Origin: Fibrobacterales bacterium
GTDB lineage: Bacteria; Fibrobacterota; Fibrobacteria; Fibrobacterales; JAOPTW01
Assembly: GCA_051532055.1 (NCBI GenBank)
Contig: JAOPTX010000017.1
Location: forward strand, 1-64,000
Direction: 5' to 3'
Length of the DNA stretch: 64,000 nt
Below are positions 1 to 12,603 of the stretch, one piece after another. The notes under the pieces are model-generated. The model saw nothing but the letters and a program-made list of their open reading frames with translations. It made no database searches and was not told the DNA's origin. Position numbers and translations under genes: made by a program. Each line of letters begins with the position of its first letter. Position 1 is the stretch's first letter.

Positions 1-117
1 GTAACAATCACAGGTAAATTGATCGCAGATATTGCGATGGATAAAGACCTCCGTTTTGCAATCCGTGAAGGTGGCAGAACTGTTGGTGCTGGTGTTGTCA
101 CTGAAATCATTAAGTAA
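1..117 (+). CDS. tuf: Elongation factor Tu, 3' end (partial)
   Basis: Frame 1 reads ...[23 protein letters not shown], the EF-Tu C-terminus; precedes rpmG-secE-nusG. Confidence 0.97.
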   Translation, partial: VTITGKLIADIAMDKDLRFAIREGGRTVGAGVVTEIIK

Positions 118-133
118 TTAATTGGAGTAATTA

Positions 134-286
134 ATGCCAAGAGACTTAATTACGCTCGAGTGTACAGAGTGTAAACAGAGAAATTATAATAAGGACAAGA
201 ATAAGCGTCTTCAACCATCACGTGTTGAGCACAAAAAATATTGCCCTTTCTGTAAGAAACATACACTACACAAAGAGACTAAGTAA
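134..286 (+). CDS. rpmG: 50S ribosomal protein L33, Zn-ribbon form (not in ORF track)
   Basis: Manual translation [18 protein letters not shown]...[21 protein letters not shown] upstream; two CxxC motifs. Confidence 0.97.
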   Translation: MPRDLITLECTECKQRNYNKDKNKRLQPSRVEHKKYCPFCKKHTLHKETK

Positions 287-301
287 CTATTATACGTTTT
301 T

Positions 302-374
302 AGGTCTGTGGCTCAATTGGTAGAGCATCGGTCTCCAAAACCGAGGGTTGGGGGTTCGAGTCCCTCCAGGCCTG
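302..374 (+). tRNA. trnW: tRNA-Trp (CCA anticodon); 3' CCA not encoded
   Basis: Acceptor AGGTCTG/CAGGCCT, D-arm GCTCAATTGGTAGAGC, anticodon loop CTCCAAA, T-loop GTTCGAG; usual position between rpmG and secE. Confidence 0.96.
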
Positions 375-399
375 TAAAAACATAAATAGAATAAGGCTA

Positions 400-594
400 A
401 TGATGAAAAAGTTCCAGAATTACATGAAAGAAGTAGTACAAGAGCTCAAAAAAGTATCTTGGCCTACTATGGAAGAACTGAAAGGTTCAACTACAGTTGT
501 TTGTGTGTTTAGTGTTATAATGGCAATTTATATTTGGGGTGTCGATTTCGGTCTTACCGAAGCGCTCGATTACGTCAGAGGATTGTTTGTATGA
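400..594 (+). CDS. secE: Preprotein translocase subunit SecE
   Basis: ELKKVSWP motif plus one TM helix; synteny. Confidence 0.95.
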   Translation: MMKKFQNYMKEVVQELKKVSWPTMEELKGSTTVVCVFSVIMAIYIWGVDFGLTEALDYVRGLFV

Positions 595-1118
595 AGTGGT
601 ATGTAGTTCACACCTATTCTGGTCAAGAGAATAACGTAAAAAAACATCTTGAAATGATGATCGAACAAGAAGGTCTTCAAGAGATGTTTGGTCAAATACT
701 CGTTCCTACTCAAGAAGTAGTGAGTGTTGCTAGAGGAAAGAGAACTACACGCAACAAAAAGTTTTTTCCATCGTACATAATTGTAGAGATGGAGTTGAAT
801 AAAGAATCAATTCACTATGTGACGGACCTCCCTGGGGTAACACACTTTGTAGGTGTGGATAACAAGCCTCAGGCTATTCGCAAAAGTGAAGTAGAAAGAC
901 TTCTCGGCCAAGTAAATCCGGATGAAGCTGTTAACGAAGTAATGGAAATTCCATACGCAGTTGGCGATGCAGTTCGTATTAAAGAGGGACCATTCAAAGA
1001 GTTTGATGGTTCTGTAGAGGAAGTTTACCCTGATAAGGGTAAACTCAAAGTAATGGTAAACGTATTTGGGAGATCCGCACCTGTCGAACTTGGCTTTATG
1101 CAGGTTGAAGGATTGTAA
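591..1118 (+). CDS. nusG: Transcription termination/antitermination factor NusG
   Basis: MKWYVVHTYSGQE start (ATG 591 overlaps secE stop), FPSY, KOW motif GPFKEFDG, FGR. Confidence 0.97.
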   Translation: MKWYVVHTYSGQENNVKKHLEMMIEQEGLQEMFGQILVPTQEVVSVARGKRTTRNKKFFPSYIIVEMELNKESIHYVTDLPGVTHFVGVDNKPQAIRKSEVERLLGQVNPDEAVNEVMEIPYAVGDAVRIKEGPFKEFDGSVEEVYPDKGKLKVMVNVFGRSAPVELGFMQVEGL

Positions 1119-1138
1119 GCACCAAATAGAGGTAAAAA

Positions 1139-1561
1139 ATGGCAAAAAAAATAGACGGCTATATCAAGCTGCAAATCCAGGCAGGCGGAGCTAACCCTTC
1201 TCCTCCAGTTGGGCCGGCCCTAGGTCAAAAAGGCGTCAACATCATGGAGTTTTGTAAAGCGTTCAATGCTAAGACTCAAGATCAGAAAGGTACGATCTTA
1301 CCAGTAGTCATTACAGTATTCGCAGACAAATCTTTCACATTTATTGTAAAAACACCACCGGTTCCTGTTCTTCTCTTAAAAGCTGCGAAGATTAAAAAAG
1401 GATCGGGAGAACCTAATAGAAAAAAAGTAGGGAAAGTTACTCGTGATCAAATTAAAGAGATCGCTGAGATTAAAATGCCCGATTTAAATACTGTTAGTGT
1501 TGATTCCGCATGTTCAATGGTTGAAGGTACTGCCAAGAGCATGGGTATTGAGGTTGTTTAA
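1139..1561 (+). CDS. rplK: 50S ribosomal protein L11
   Basis: [27 protein letters not shown]. Confidence 0.98.
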   Translation: MAKKIDGYIKLQIQAGGANPSPPVGPALGQKGVNIMEFCKAFNAKTQDQKGTILPVVITVFADKSFTFIVKTPPVPVLLLKAAKIKKGSGEPNRKKVGKVTRDQIKEIAEIKMPDLNTVSVDSACSMVEGTAKSMGIEVV

Positions 1562-1576
1562 CACCAAAGGGTTATT

Positions 1577-2263
1577 ATGAAAAGAGGAAAAAATTATAAA
1601 AGTCATGTCGATGGATTTGATAAAGCTAAAGAGTATACAATTCTCGAAGCTTGTGATATCCTAAAAAAGACTAAGATCAAATTTGATCAGACTGTAGAAA
1701 TCCATATGAACCTTGGTATTGACCCACGTCATTCTGATCAAGTTGTTCGTGGAAATGTTAGTCTTCCTAACGGTACTGGTAAAGATGTTCGCGTTGTTGT
1801 ATTTGCAAAAGGCGAACTTGAAGCTCAAGCAAAAGAAGCTGGCGCAGCATTTGTTGGTGCAGAAGAACTTGCTCAGAAAATTCAAGAGGGATGGCTCGAC
1901 TTTGATGTTGTAGTTGCAACTCCTGATATGATGGGACAAGTAGGACGTCTTGCTCGTATTCTTGGACCACGTGGCCTTATGCCAAGTCCAAAATCTGGTA
2001 CAGTAACAAAAGATGTTTCTACTACAGTTAAAGAACTTAAAGCTGGTAAAATCTCTTACCGTGTAGATAAAGGTGCGAACATTCACGCTCCAGTTGGTAA
2101 AGTTTCTTTCACTTCTGATCAATTACAAGAGAATATCTCTACTGTAATTGAGTCGGTGAAAAAAGCAAAACCACAATCTTCAAAAGGTCAGTTTATTAAA
2201 AGCTTAGTTATCACCGCAACCATGACTCCAAGTGTTAAATTGGACATGGGATTAACAAGATAA
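1577..2263 (+). CDS. rplA: 50S ribosomal protein L1
   Basis: [22 protein letters not shown]. Confidence 0.98.
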   Translation: MKRGKNYKSHVDGFDKAKEYTILEACDILKKTKIKFDQTVEIHMNLGIDPRHSDQVVRGNVSLPNGTGKDVRVVVFAKGELEAQAKEAGAAFVGAEELAQKIQEGWLDFDVVVATPDMMGQVGRLARILGPRGLMPSPKSGTVTKDVSTTVKELKAGKISYRVDKGANIHAPVGKVSFTSDQLQENISTVIESVKKAKPQSSKGQFIKSLVITATMTPSVKLDMGLTR

Positions 2264-2272
2264 GGAGTTATC

Positions 2273-2797
2273 ATGGCTGCAATTGAAGAAAAGAAAGTAA
2301 TTGTAGATAGCATCGTTGAGAAAATCAACGGGTCTATGGCGCTCTATTTCCTCGACTTTGTAGGAATAAGTGTTGAGCAAGATACAATTTTGCGTAAATC
2401 ACTCACAAATAAAGGTATCGAATACGTAGCGGTTAAAAATACGCTTCTTAAACGTGCTCTTGCTGAGTGTAACATTGAAGGATTTGACGATAAGCTCGTT
2501 GGAACTACTTCAGTTATGTTTGGTTCAGAAGAAGAGCCAATGCTACCTGCAAAAGAAATCGTAGAGTTCTATAAAGCTAACCCAGATCGCCTCGCTGTTA
2601 AAGGTGTGAGCATGGATGGTGAAGATCTTTCTGCGACAGATATTAAAGAAATAGCAAAAATGCCTGGCCGTCAAGAGCTTATTGCTCAGATCGTATCGAT
2701 CGCACTTGGACCTGGAGCTAACCTTGTTGGCATCATTAAGGGCCCTGGTTCAACTATCGCAGGTCAGTTAAAAGCATTAGAAGAGAAATTAAATTAA
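2273..2797 (+). CDS. rplJ: 50S ribosomal protein L10
   Basis: VKNTL motif; position between rplA and rplL. Confidence 0.95.
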   Translation: MAAIEEKKVIVDSIVEKINGSMALYFLDFVGISVEQDTILRKSLTNKGIEYVAVKNTLLKRALAECNIEGFDDKLVGTTSVMFGSEEEPMLPAKEIVEFYKANPDRLAVKGVSMDGEDLSATDIKEIAKMPGRQELIAQIVSIALGPGANLVGIIKGPGSTIAGQLKALEEKLN

Positions 2798-2823
2798 TTA
2801 TCAATAAATAAATGGAGAACAAA

Positions 2824-3198
2824 ATGGCAGTAGATATCAATACTCTCGGAGATCAAATCGCAGGACTTACTCTTATTGAGGCTAAAGGACTTGCTGATTA
2901 CCTTAAAGAAACACACGGCATCGAAGCAGCAGCTGGTGGTGCAGTAGTAATGGCTGGTGGTGCAGCAGCTGAAGCAGTTGAAGAGCAAACTGAGTTTGAC
3001 GTAATCCTTGAAAGCGCTGGTGAGAAAAAAATCAACGTAATTAAAGCGGTTAGAGCAGCTACAGGTCTTGGTCTTAAAGAGGCAAAAGAACTTGTAGATA
3101 GCGCACCTAAACCAGTTAAAGAAGCAGCTTCTAAAGAAGATGCAGAAGCACTCAAAAAAGATCTTGAAGCCGCTGGCGCAGCTGTAACATTAAAATAA
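2824..3198 (+). CDS. rplL: 50S ribosomal protein L7/L12
   Basis: [24 protein letters not shown] 2824 follows GGAG. Confidence 0.97.
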   Translation: MAVDINTLGDQIAGLTLIEAKGLADYLKETHGIEAAAGGAVVMAGGAAAEAVEEQTEFDVILESAGEKKINVIKAVRAATGLGLKEAKELVDSAPKPVKEAASKEDAEALKKDLEAAGAAVTLK

Positions 3199-3218
3199 TA
3201 GCTGTAATACTAAAAATT

Positions 3219-3246
3219 AACGCCCGCAGTTTTTGCGGGCGTTTTA
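3219..3246 (+). terminator. Intrinsic terminator/attenuator between rplL and rpoB
   Basis: AACGCCCGCA-GTTTT-TGCGGGCGTT followed by T; same position as the known rplL-rpoB attenuator. Confidence 0.75.
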
Positions 3247-3281
3247 GAGTTTAATGTAGTTCTTTAAAATAAGGTACTCTA

Positions 3282-6200
3282 ATGGCAGAAAGAAGAAGCT
3301 ACGCTTCCAAAAAGTTTCAATTAGATCTTCCGAATCTGATTCAAACGCAACTCGACTCATACTTAAATTTTCTTCAGGAAGAAGTTACTTCTAATAAAAG
3401 AGAAAAAATGGGTCTTCAGCAAATTTTCAGTGATATCTTTCCTATTACGGATATCAAAGAGATGTACTCACTGGAATTTGAAAGCTATTCATTTGGTGTG
3501 CCAAAGTACTCAATAAGAGAGTGCCGTGAGCGTGGACTCAGTTACTCACTACCATTGAAAGCTACATTAAGCCTATACGTTTACGAAGGTGAACGCGAAG
3601 ATAAAAAGTTTAAAGAGAAGATTACGAATGATGTGTTCATTTGTGAGCTTCCAATGATGACCCATACTGGATCATTTATAGTTAATGGCGCTGAACGCGT
3701 TGTTGTTTCTCAACTTCACCGATCACCTGGTGTAAGTTTTGATGAAGAGTATCATGCAAGTGGTAAAAGAATGTTTAAATCAAGAATCATTCCTTACAGA
3801 GGTTCTTGGGTTGAATTCCTTATAGATGCATCTGACATTTTGTATGTCAATATAGATAGAAGAAGAAAGTTACCTGCGACTATTCTTCTTAGAGCATTGG
3901 GATATGGAACTAATGAAAAAATATTAGAACTATTCTACGAATCAGAAGATATAATGCTTAATGATACAACGGCTGAAGGACTAGAGGGCCGCGTTCTTTC
4001 TAAAGAGATTATTGATGAAGAAACTGGTGAGCTTATTGCAGAAGCAAATACACCACTTACTCAAGTTATTCTCTCAAAAACTATTGATGCAGGTATCGTT
4101 GAAATTTCAATTGTGAAAGATAGTTTGGAAGATTTTCCAGTAATTCACAATACAATCGCTGCGGACCCAACTGATAATCAAGAAGATGCACTTTTTAGAA
4201 TTTATAGCTTGGTACGACCTGGTGATCCACCAAATGCAGCTACAGCACAGTTGTTATTCGATAAACTCTTTTTCGATGACAAACGCTATGATTTAGGGAA
4301 AGTTGGTCGTTATAGATTAAACTCCCGTTTAAAGCATGAAGTTGACCTTGAAGTCCTTACTATGACTCCTCAAGATTTCATGAGTATTATTCAATACATG
4401 GTAGATCTTCACAGTGGTGAAGGTAGTCTCGATGATATTGATCACCTTGGTAATAGACGTGTACGTTCAGTAGGTGAGCTACTCGGAAACCAATTTGCTC
4501 TTGGTCTTACAAGAATGGCTCGGGCAATACGTGAGAGATTAAGTCTTCGTGATCAAGAAGATCTTACTCCTCAAGACCTTATTAATGCAAGAACTATTTC
4601 ATCAGTGGTATCTACCTTTTTTGGTTCATCACAGTTGTCGCAGTTTATGGACCAAACTAATCCACTTGCAGAACTTACACATAAAAGAAGAATGTCGGCA
4701 TTAGGACCTGGTGGACTTACTCGTGAACGCGCAGGTTTTGAAGTCCGTGACGTTCACCATACACACTATGGTCGTCTTTGTCCTATTGAAACTCCAGAGG
4801 GACCAAATATTGGTCTTATTAACTCACTTGCAATGTATGCTGTGGTAAACCGATTTGGTTTTCTTGAAACTCCATACCGCATAGTTAAAGATGGAAAAGT
4901 AACAGAAGAAATTATTTATCTTACAGCTGATAAAGAAGACAATTATATTATTGCTCCTGCTTCAACTGAACTAAATGATGATCAAGAATTTATTATGGAT
5001 TATCCAATCGTAAGAAGTTCTGGTGAATTCCCGATTGTACCAAAAGCTCAGATCCAATTAATGGACGTATCTACAAAACAGATTGTATCTGTTGCTGCAG
5101 GTCTAATTCCATTCCTTGAGCATGATGATGCGAACCGTGCACTTATGGGATCAAACATGCAACGTCAAGCTGTACCACTTCTTCGCTCAGAAGCACCACA
5201 CGTTGGTACCGGTTTGGAAGGTCGCGCTGCTACCGATTCAGGAACAATTATTATAGCAAATAATTCAGGTGTTGTAGTGGAACTAGATTCTGCTCACATT
5301 GTTATTAAACGTGATGATACTGACTCGATAGAAGATAAATTTCTTGATATTCCAGAGTATGATCGTTATATACTCAGAAAATTTGAACGTTCAAATCAAG
5401 ACTCTTGTCTTAATCAACGTCCATTAGTTAAAAATGGTGAAACTGTCATAAAAGGGCAAGTTATTGCTGACGGTTCGTCAACTCAAAATGGTGAGCTTGC
5501 ACTTGGGAAAAATATCCTTATAGCATTCCTTCCATGGTACGGTTATAACTTTGAAGATGCGATCATTATTTCTGAAGAACTTAGAAAAAATGATACATTC
5601 ACATCGATTCATATCGAACAATTTGAGCTTGAAGTTCGTGACACTAAGCGTGGACCAGAAGAACTTACACGTGAAATACCAAATGTTTCAGAAGAGGCTG
5701 TACGCAACCTTGATGAGGCTGGTGTTATTCGTATCGGAGCTGAAATTGAACCCGGTGATATTCTCGTTGGTAAAATCACTCCTAAAGGTGAAACTGAGTT
5801 ATCACCAGAAGAGCGACTCTTACGTGCAATTTTTGGTGAAAAAGCTGGAGACGTAAAAGATTCATCAATGAAAGCCCCTCCTGGACTTAAAGGTGTGGTT
5901 GTAGAGACTCGAGTATTCTCCCGTAAAGAGCGTGATAAAAAAACAAAAATTGAAGATAAAGAAAAAATCGAGCGTATTAAAGACGATATTGGAAATAGAA
6001 TCCAAGAAGTTATTCGTGCGCGTGATCACAAATTAGTTGAGCTTCTTGTTGGCCAAGAGAGTGGTGAAGTACGTGATGGTACCACCAATGAAATTCTTGT
6101 AGGTAAAGGAAAGAAATATACTGATAAAACGGTGATGAAAATTAACTTTTCTGACATTTCTAATGACTCTGTATTCTCTACGGAAGATGGTATTAACGAC

Positions 6201-7040
6201 GAGTCAGTCAGAGTTGTTACTCAGTCAAATGCAATGATCCAAAAACTTGAAGATACTCTTGATAAAGAGATTGATAAAGTGGTTCGTGGTGATGAATTGA
6301 AACCTGGCGTACTCCAACTCGTTAAAGTGTATGTTGCTAAAAAACGTAAACTTAATGTTGGTGATAAAATGGCTGGTCGTCATGGAAATAAAGGTGTTAT
6401 TTCTAAGATTGTTCCCGTTGAAGATATGCCTTTTACCGAAGATGGACGTCCAGTTCAGATTCTTCTTAATCCACTAGGTGTACCATCGCGTATGAATGTG
6501 GGTCAGGTACTAGAAGTGCATTTAGGATGGGCAGCTCAAGCTCTCGGAATTAACGTGGCTACTCCAGTATTTGATGGCGCTTCTTACGATCACATTACTG
6601 ATTGTTTAGTAGAAGCTGGTTTACCAAAATCAGGTAAATCAAAACTCATCGACGGGAAAACAGGTGTTGCTTTTGATACCCCAGTTACTGTTGGTGTGAT
6701 GTACATGTTAAAACTAAATCACCTTGTTGATGATAAAATGCATGCGCGTTCTATTGGACCGTATTCATTGGTTACTCAACAACCATTGGGTGGTAAATCA
6801 CAGTTTGGTGGTCAACGTTTTGGTGAGATGGAAGTATGGGCAATGGAAGCATATGGTGCTGCATATACTCTACAAGAACTTCTCACCGTTAAGAGTGATG
6901 ACGTTATGGGACGGTCTAAAATTTACGAGTCTATCGTAAAAGGTGAAAATACACCTGAGCCAGGTATCCCTGAGTCATTTAACGTTCTAATTAAAGAGAT
7001 CCAGGCACTCTGCTTAGACGTAACTATTGGAGATGAATAA
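3282..7040 (+). CDS. rpoB: RNA polymerase beta subunit
   Basis: [37 protein letters not shown]. Confidence 0.99.
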   Translation: MAERRSYASKKFQLDLPNLIQTQLDSYLNFLQEEVTSNKREKMGLQQIFSDIFPITDIKEMYSLEFESYSFGVPKYSIRECRERGLSYSLPLKATLSLYVYEGEREDKKFKEKITNDVFICELPMMTHTGSFIVNGAERVVVSQLHRSPGVSFDEEYHASGKRMFKSRIIPYRGSWVEFLIDASDILYVNIDRRRKLPATILLRALGYGTNEKILELFYESEDIMLNDTTAEGLEGRVLSKEIIDEETGELIAEANTPLTQVILSKTIDAGIVEISIVKDSLEDFPVIHNTIAADPTDNQEDALFRIYSLVRPGDPPNAATAQLLFDKLFFDDKRYDLGKVGRYRLNSRLKHEVDLEVLTMTPQDFMSIIQYMVDLHSGEGSLDDIDHLGNRRVRSVGELLGNQFALGLTRMARAIRERLSLRDQEDLTPQDLINARTISSVVSTFFGSSQLSQFMDQTNPLAELTHKRRMSALGPGGLTRERAGFEVRDVHHTHYGRLCPIETPEGPNIGLINSLAMYAVVNRFGFLETPYRIVKDGKVTEEIIYLTADKEDNYIIAPASTELNDDQEFIMDYPIVRSSGEFPIVPKAQIQLMDVSTKQIVSVAAGLIPFLEHDDANRALMGSNMQRQAVPLLRSEAPHVGTGLEGRAATDSGTIIIANNSGVVVELDSAHIVIKRDDTDSIEDKFLDIPEYDRYILRKFERSNQDSCLNQRPLVKNGETVIKGQVIADGSSTQNGELALGKNILIAFLPWYGYNFEDAIIISEELRKNDTFTSIHIEQFELEVRDTKRGPEELTREIPNVSEEAVRNLDEAGVIRIGAEIEPGDILVGKITPKGETELSPEERLLRAIFGEKAGDVKDSSMKAPPGLKGVVVETRVFSRKERDKKTKIEDKEKIERIKDDIGNRIQEVIRARDHKLVELLVGQESGEVRDGTTNEILVGKGKKYTDKTVMKINFSDISNDSVFSTEDGINDESVRVVTQSNAMIQKLEDTLDKEIDKVVRGDELKPGVLQLVKVYVAKKRKLNVGDKMAGRHGNKGVISKIVPVEDMPFTEDGRPVQILLNPLGVPSRMNVGQVLEVHLGWAAQALGINVATPVFDGASYDHITDCLVEAGLPKSGKSKLIDGKTGVAFDTPVTVGVMYMLKLNHLVDDKMHARSIGPYSLVTQQPLGGKSQFGGQRFGEMEVWAMEAYGAAYTLQELLTVKSDDVMGRSKIYESIVKGENTPEPGIPESFNVLIKEIQALCLDVTIGDE

Positions 7041-7041
7041 T

Positions 7042-10000
7042 ATGAGTTTTGTACCAAATAATTTTGATACTGTTGAAAACAAGGGATCAATCTCTATTCA
7101 ACTCGCATCTCCAGATGTGATCCGTAGCTGGTCATATGGTGAAGTGAGTAAGCCAGAAACCATCAATTACCGTTCATTTAAACCAGAACGTGATGGTCTC
7201 TTCTGTGAAAAAATCTTTGGCCCAGTTAAAAATTGGGAATGTAACTGTGGTAAATATAAACGTATTCGTTATCGTGGCGTTGTATGTGACCGTTGTGGAG
7301 TTGAAGTTACTCACTCAAAAGTTCGTCGTGAGCGCATGGGACATATTGAGTTAGCAATACCAGTTGTTCATATTTGGTTTTTTAAATCACTTCCATCAAT
7401 GATTGGATCACTCCTCGCAGTTTCTATGGCGAACCTCGAAAGAGTAATTTACTACGAGTCATATCTCGTACTTGATCCAGGTGACACTGAACTTAAAATT
7501 GGTGATCTCATTTCTGAAGATGATTATATTGATCTCGAAGAAGAGGGAAGAACCTTTGATGCGAAAATGGGTGGACCAGCAATTAAACAATTGCTTGCTA
7601 ATATGGATCTTGACGAAATGTCAGAAGACCTTAAGAGCCGCTTAAAAACTGATAAATCAGTTCAAAAGAAGGCTGATGCATTAAAACGTCTGAAAATTGT
7701 AGAGGCAATTCGTAAATCTGAGAACCGTCCTGAATGGATGGTAATCGATGTACTTCCAGTGATTCCTCCAGACCTTAGACCACTCGTTCCCCTTGAAGGT
7801 GGACGATTTGCAACATCTGATTTGAACGATCTTTACCGCCGCGTAATTAATCGTAATAATCGTCTTAAAAAACTAATTGATATTAAAGCACCTGAAGTAA
7901 TTCTTCGAAATGAAAAAAGAATGCTCCAGGAGTCGGTTGACGTACTATTTGATAATGGTAGAAGAACTTCATCTGTTAAAGGAGAAGGTCGTCGTCCATT
8001 AAAATCACTTTCGGATCTTTTGAAAGGTAAACAAGGTCGTTTCCGTCAGAATCTACTTGGTAAGCGTGTTGACTATTCAGGTCGTTCGGTTATCGTAGTG
8101 GGTCCAGAACTTAAAATGCATGAATGTGGTATTCCAAAGAATATGGCACTTGAGCTCTACAAACCATTTATCATTCAAAAACTTGAAGAAGAAGGGTATG
8201 TACACACTGTAAAGTCTGCAAAGAAATTTGTTGAAAAAGAGCGCCCAGAGGTTTGGGATATTCTCGAAGAGATAATTGAAGACCATCCGGTACTTTTGAA
8301 CCGTGCTCCAACACTTCACAGACTCGGTATTCAAGCTTTCTACCCTAAGTTGATTGAAGGTAAAGCAATACGTCTTCACCCACTCGTGTGCGCAGCGTTT
8401 AATGCTGACTTTGATGGTGACCAGATGGCTGTTCACCTTCCACTTAGTTTTGAAACACAACTTGAATGTCGTGTTATCATGCTTGCTTCAAACAATATTC
8501 TTCACCCTGCTTCAGGCAAACCAATTGCTGTTCCTTCTCAGGATATCGTTCTCGGACTTTATTACATCACTAAACATCGTCCTGGTGCTAAAGGTGAAGG
8601 CAGAGTATTTAATAGTGCAGAAGAAGCGCAACTTGCTTATGAGTCAGGGTACGTCACCCTTCATACAAGTATTAAAGTAAAATTTCTTGAAGACACAATA
8701 ATTTATTCAGGGCATCTTGATAATGAAACTGATGTTATTGATCAACATGGTGACAAACTTCACGTTTTAGCTGGTGGTCAGGTTGAGAATTGTACTCTCA
8801 CAAAGAATGAGATCTTTACTACTACTGTAGGACGTCTCAACATTAATAAAATTATCGATCCAGATATGGGTTATGCAAATATTCTTTTCGACAAAAAGAC
8901 CATCTCTAAATCTATTGATGATCTTTACCGTCTAAAAGGTAATGCACGCACTGTACGCTTTCTTGATGATCTTAAAGACTTAGGATTTGCATGGGCAACT
9001 AAAGCAGGTACTTCTGCAGCTATTTGTGACATGATTATCCCACCAGAAAAACATACTATGATTACTGATACTCAAGAGAAAGTAGATAAAATCTATGACC
9101 TCTATGAAAATGGAGTGATCACAGACGGTGAGCGATATAACCAAATTGTTGATGCATGGTCACACACTACAAATGATGTAGCAAATCTTCTTTTTGATAG
9201 ACTTGCAAGTGACGATGATGGGTTTAACCCAGTATATATGATGGCTGACTCAGGGGCAAGGGGTTCTCGCGAACAGATTAAACAGCTTTCTGGTATGCGT
9301 GGACTGATGCAGAAGCCTACTAAAAAACTTGGTGGACAAGAGGTAATTGAAAATCCAATTAAGTCTTCATTCCGTGAAGGTCTGAATGTAATGGAATACT
9401 TTATCTCTACTCACGGTGCACGTAAAGGTCTCGCGGATACTGCACTTAAAACTGCAGATGCGGGTTATCTTACTCGTCGTCTTGTGGATGTAGCGCAAGA
9501 TGTTGTAATCAACCAACATGACTGTGAAACTGCTCAAGGTATTATCATGCGTGCTATCAAAGATGGCGATGATGTAATCGAAGATCTTGACGAAAGAATT
9601 TTAGGTCGTATTCTTAATGACGATCTTATTCACCCAGTTACTGAAGAAGTAATAGTTAAAGCGGGTGAGATGATTGTGGAAAAACATATTCCGCGTATTA
9701 TCGAAACAGGAATTGATGAAGTTATGGTTCGTTCGGTACTTACGTGCGAAGCTAAAGTTGGTGTTTGTACACAGTGTTATGGTCGTAACCTTGCTAATGG
9801 TCGTCTTGCTGACCAAGGGCAAGCTGTTGGTGTTGTTGCAGCCCAGTCGATCGGTGAGCCAGGTACACAGCTTACACTTCGTACATTCCACATTGGTGGA
9901 GCTTCTTCACGTTTGACAATTGAGTCATCGAAAAAAGCACCAGCTGATACAAAAGTTATTCTTGAACGTATTAATGTAGAAGAAGAAATTATCTACAAAG

Positions 10001-11265
10001 GCGATGATAACATCGTAGTATCACGTTCAGGTGAAATGATTCTTGAAGACGAACACGGTGTTGTACGTGGACGTTATCAGATTCCTTACGGGTCTTTTCT
10101 TCGTGTAGGACAAAATGAGCTTGTTAAAGAAGGACAAGTTCTTTTTGAATGGGATCCGTATCACAGCATGATTATTGCTACAAAAGCAGGTACTGTCGAA
10201 TTCGAAGAACTCGTAAAAGACAAAACAATGCTTGTCGAGTATGATGATGCAACAGGCATGGAAAACATTCGTGTAATGAGTGACAAAAAAGCGAAACTCA
10301 GACCACATATTAATGTTAATAATGCTCTGGGTGAAAGAGTTGCAAACTTTATGATGCCAGAAGGCGCATATTTAAGTATTGAAAATGGTCAAGAGATCAA
10401 AGCTGGTGAAATCCTTGCGAAACTGCCACGTGCTGTAGGTAAGACAAAAGATATTACTGGTGGTCTCCCACGTGTTGCTGAACTTTTTGAAGCTCGTATT
10501 CCTAAAGCTCCAGCGGTAATTGCTCCAATTGATGGTATTATCGAATATGGTGATATCGTTCGTGGTCAGCAAGTTATTTTTGTACGTGAAGAACTTGACG
10601 AAGAAGTAAAAGAGAAAGTGACAATTCCACGTGGTAAACACATCTTTGTACATGAATCAGAACGTGTTCATGCCGGTGATAAATTATGTGAAGGGTCAAT
10701 TAATCCTCATGATATCTTGAGAGTTTTGGGCGTGAACGCTGTTCAAGAGTATCTAGTTCATGAAATCCAGGCGGTATATCGACTTCAAGGTGTAGCTATA
10801 TCTGATAAACACATTGAGTGTATTGTCCGTCAAATGATGCGTAAAGTAAAAGTCAAAAATTCAGGTGATACAAACTTCCTCGAGCAGGAAGATGTTTCTA
10901 AAGCAGTTCTTAGAATACAGAACGAGAAAATGATTGAGCAGAGTTTATCTCCAGCTACATTTACTCCTATGCTCTTAGGAATTACGAAATCTTCACTTGG
11001 TACTGATAGTTTTATCTCTGCAGCATCGTTCCAGGAAACAACAAAAGTACTTACCCGTGCGGCTATCGAGGGTAAGAAAGATGACCTGGTTGGGCTTAAA
11101 GAAAATGTTATTATGGGTAGACTTATTCCTTCAGGAACCGGTTCTGCGCACCTCAAAAGGGTACGTGTCCGTGACTTAGATGCAGAAACTGCTGCAGAGG
11201 AAGAGCCTACTATTGAAGATATTCAACCAATGGAAATTATCGAAGAATCACCCTTTAGAGAGTAA
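7042..11265 (+). CDS. rpoC: RNA polymerase beta' subunit
   Basis: NADFDGDQM catalytic motif, N-terminal Zn finger; start ATG 7042 chosen (7033 possible). Confidence 0.99.
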   Translation: MSFVPNNFDTVENKGSISIQLASPDVIRSWSYGEVSKPETINYRSFKPERDGLFCEKIFGPVKNWECNCGKYKRIRYRGVVCDRCGVEVTHSKVRRERMGHIELAIPVVHIWFFKSLPSMIGSLLAVSMANLERVIYYESYLVLDPGDTELKIGDLISEDDYIDLEEEGRTFDAKMGGPAIKQLLANMDLDEMSEDLKSRLKTDKSVQKKADALKRLKIVEAIRKSENRPEWMVIDVLPVIPPDLRPLVPLEGGRFATSDLNDLYRRVINRNNRLKKLIDIKAPEVILRNEKRMLQESVDVLFDNGRRTSSVKGEGRRPLKSLSDLLKGKQGRFRQNLLGKRVDYSGRSVIVVGPELKMHECGIPKNMALELYKPFIIQKLEEEGYVHTVKSAKKFVEKERPEVWDILEEIIEDHPVLLNRAPTLHRLGIQAFYPKLIEGKAIRLHPLVCAAFNADFDGDQMAVHLPLSFETQLECRVIMLASNNILHPASGKPIAVPSQDIVLGLYYITKHRPGAKGEGRVFNSAEEAQLAYESGYVTLHTSIKVKFLEDTIIYSGHLDNETDVIDQHGDKLHVLAGGQVENCTLTKNEIFTTTVGRLNINKIIDPDMGYANILFDKKTISKSIDDLYRLKGNARTVRFLDDLKDLGFAWATKAGTSAAICDMIIPPEKHTMITDTQEKVDKIYDLYENGVITDGERYNQIVDAWSHTTNDVANLLFDRLASDDDGFNPVYMMADSGARGSREQIKQLSGMRGLMQKPTKKLGGQEVIENPIKSSFREGLNVMEYFISTHGARKGLADTALKTADAGYLTRRLVDVAQDVVINQHDCETAQGIIMRAIKDGDDVIEDLDERILGRILNDDLIHPVTEEVIVKAGEMIVEKHIPRIIETGIDEVMVRSVLTCEAKVGVCTQCYGRNLANGRLADQGQAVGVVAAQSIGEPGTQLTLRTFHIGGASSRLTIESSKKAPADTKVILERINVEEEIIYKGDDNIVVSRSGEMILEDEHGVVRGRYQIPYGSFLRVGQNELVKEGQVLFEWDPYHSMIIATKAGTVEFEELVKDKTMLVEYDDATGMENIRVMSDKKAKLRPHINVNNALGERVANFMMPEGAYLSIENGQEIKAGEILAKLPRAVGKTKDITGGLPRVAELFEARIPKAPAVIAPIDGIIEYGDIVRGQQVIFVREELDEEVKEKVTIPRGKHIFVHESERVHAGDKLCEGSINPHDILRVLGVNAVQEYLVHEIQAVYRLQGVAISDKHIECIVRQMMRKVKVKNSGDTNFLEQEDVSKAVLRIQNEKMIEQSLSPATFTPMLLGITKSSLGTDSFISAASFQETTKVLTRAAIEGKKDDLVGLKENVIMGRLIPSGTGSAHLKRVRVRDLDAETAAEEEPTIEDIQPMEIIEESPFRE

Positions 11266-11393
11266 TTTCTTCGTAAGTTGAGTTAATTGAGGGATTTATG
11301 CAAGGATTATATGTAAAATAACTCCTTGCACCCTTTCAAAGGGTTGCCAATTATATTAACTTTACACCCACTAAAATTTAGGAGCAACATTAA

Positions 11394-11774
11394 GTGCCAA
11401 CGGTAAATCAATTAGTTAGAAAAGGCAGAAAGAAGGTCATTACTGGAACCAACTCTCCTGCCCTTAAAAATTGCCCTCAGAAAAGAGGCGTGTGTACTCG
11501 TGTATACACAACTACACCTAAAAAACCAAACTCTGCTCTACGTAAAATTGCACGAGTTCGCCTTTCGAATAAGTTTGAAGTGACTTGTTATATTCCTGGT
11601 GAAGGTCATAACCTTCAGGAACACTCAATTGTACTTATTCGCGGTGGCCGAGTTAAAGACGTTCCAGGTGTTCGTTATCACATCGTTCGTGGTACACTGG
11701 ATACTCAAGGTGTTAATGATCGTAAACAATCTCGTTCAAAATACGGGGTTAAAAAACCTAAGGACAGTAAATAA
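11394..11774 (+). CDS. rpsL: 30S ribosomal protein S12
   Basis: [25 protein letters not shown] start after AGGAG. Confidence 0.99.
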   Translation: MPTVNQLVRKGRKKVITGTNSPALKNCPQKRGVCTRVYTTTPKKPNSALRKIARVRLSNKFEVTCYIPGEGHNLQEHSIVLIRGGRVKDVPGVRYHIVRGTLDTQGVNDRKQSRSKYGVKKPKDSK

Positions 11775-12250
11775 TGGCTAGACGTAGATCCGCGGTAAAA
11801 CGCGAAAGGTTACCTGATCCAAAATTTAGTTCAGTTCTTGTTACCGAGTTAATCGGTACTGTTCTAAAAAAAGGTAAAAAAACAGTTGCAGAGAAAATAG
11901 TATACTCTGCTCTTGATCAAATGCATTCAAAGATTGAAGGTGAAGAGTCTATCAAAGAGAAACTCGAAACCTGTCTTTCTAACATCAGACCAACTCTTGA
12001 AGTTAAATCAAGAAGAGTCGGTGGATCAACTTACCAAGTACCTATAGAGGTTCCTGGTAATCGTTCAAAAGCACTGGCACTTCGTTGGTTACTTGAAGCA
12101 TCACGCGGTAGAAATGAGAAAGATATGGCTCAACGTCTAGCGAGTGAGCTTGTTCAAGCGTATAATAATGAAGGTAATGCAGTACGTAGACGTGTTGATA
12201 CACATAAAATGGCTGACGCGAATAAAGCATTTGCTCATTTTAGATGGTAG
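11774..12250 (+). CDS. rpsG: 30S ribosomal protein S7
   Basis: EVKSRRVGGSTYQVP, HKMADANKAFAHFRW. Confidence 0.99.
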   Translation: MARRRSAVKRERLPDPKFSSVLVTELIGTVLKKGKKTVAEKIVYSALDQMHSKIEGEESIKEKLETCLSNIRPTLEVKSRRVGGSTYQVPIEVPGNRSKALALRWLLEASRGRNEKDMAQRLASELVQAYNNEGNAVRRRVDTHKMADANKAFAHFRW

Positions 12251-12272
12251 ACTAAATTACGATAGAATTACT

Positions 12273-12305
12273 AAAAGCCTTGATATTCTATCAAGGCTTT
12301 TTTTA
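12273..12305 (+). terminator. Intrinsic terminator after rpsG
   Basis: AAAAGCCTTGATA-TTC-TATCAAGGCTTTT followed by further T. Confidence 0.85.
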
Positions 12306-12342
12306 TTTTCAAAAGAGCTAACACATAAGAATGGTATAACGT

Positions 12343-12603
12343 ATGACATTTGAAGAGATACTCGAAGTAGTAAAGAAAAGAAAACAAGAAATGCCCGAAG
12401 GAAGCTGGACTACAAAATTATTTGAAAAAGGCGCTCATGGTATAGGTAAGAAACTTGTTGAAGAAGCTGCCGAAAGCTGGATGGCTGCACGATTTGAGTC
12501 AAAAGAGGAATGTGCAGAAGAACTCTCTCAGGTCATGTACTACGTAGCTTGTATGATGGCAGAAAAAGATATTTCAATTGATGAGGTTTATAAGACATTA
12601 TGA
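12343..12603 (+). CDS. hisE: Phosphoribosyl-ATP pyrophosphatase
   Basis: PEGSWTTKLF, KKLVEEAAE, EELSQVMY; overlaps hisG start. Confidence 0.93.
   Translation: MTFEEILEVVKKRKQEMPEGSWTTKLFEKGAHGIGKKLVEEAAESWMAARFESKEECAEELSQVMYYVACMMAEKDISIDEVYKTL

Noticed and set aside
2264..2272. L10 leader before rplJ
   Set aside because: The rplA-rplJ spacer is only 9 nt, leaving no room for it
4610..4720. Rifampicin-resistance changes in RpoB cluster I
   Set aside because: Key residues (Q, D, H, S in [15 protein letters not shown]) match the sensitive consensus
807..12353. Many antisense and alternate-frame ORFs inside nusG, rpl, rpo and rps genes
   Set aside because: Shadows of highly conserved genes with no recognisable motifs
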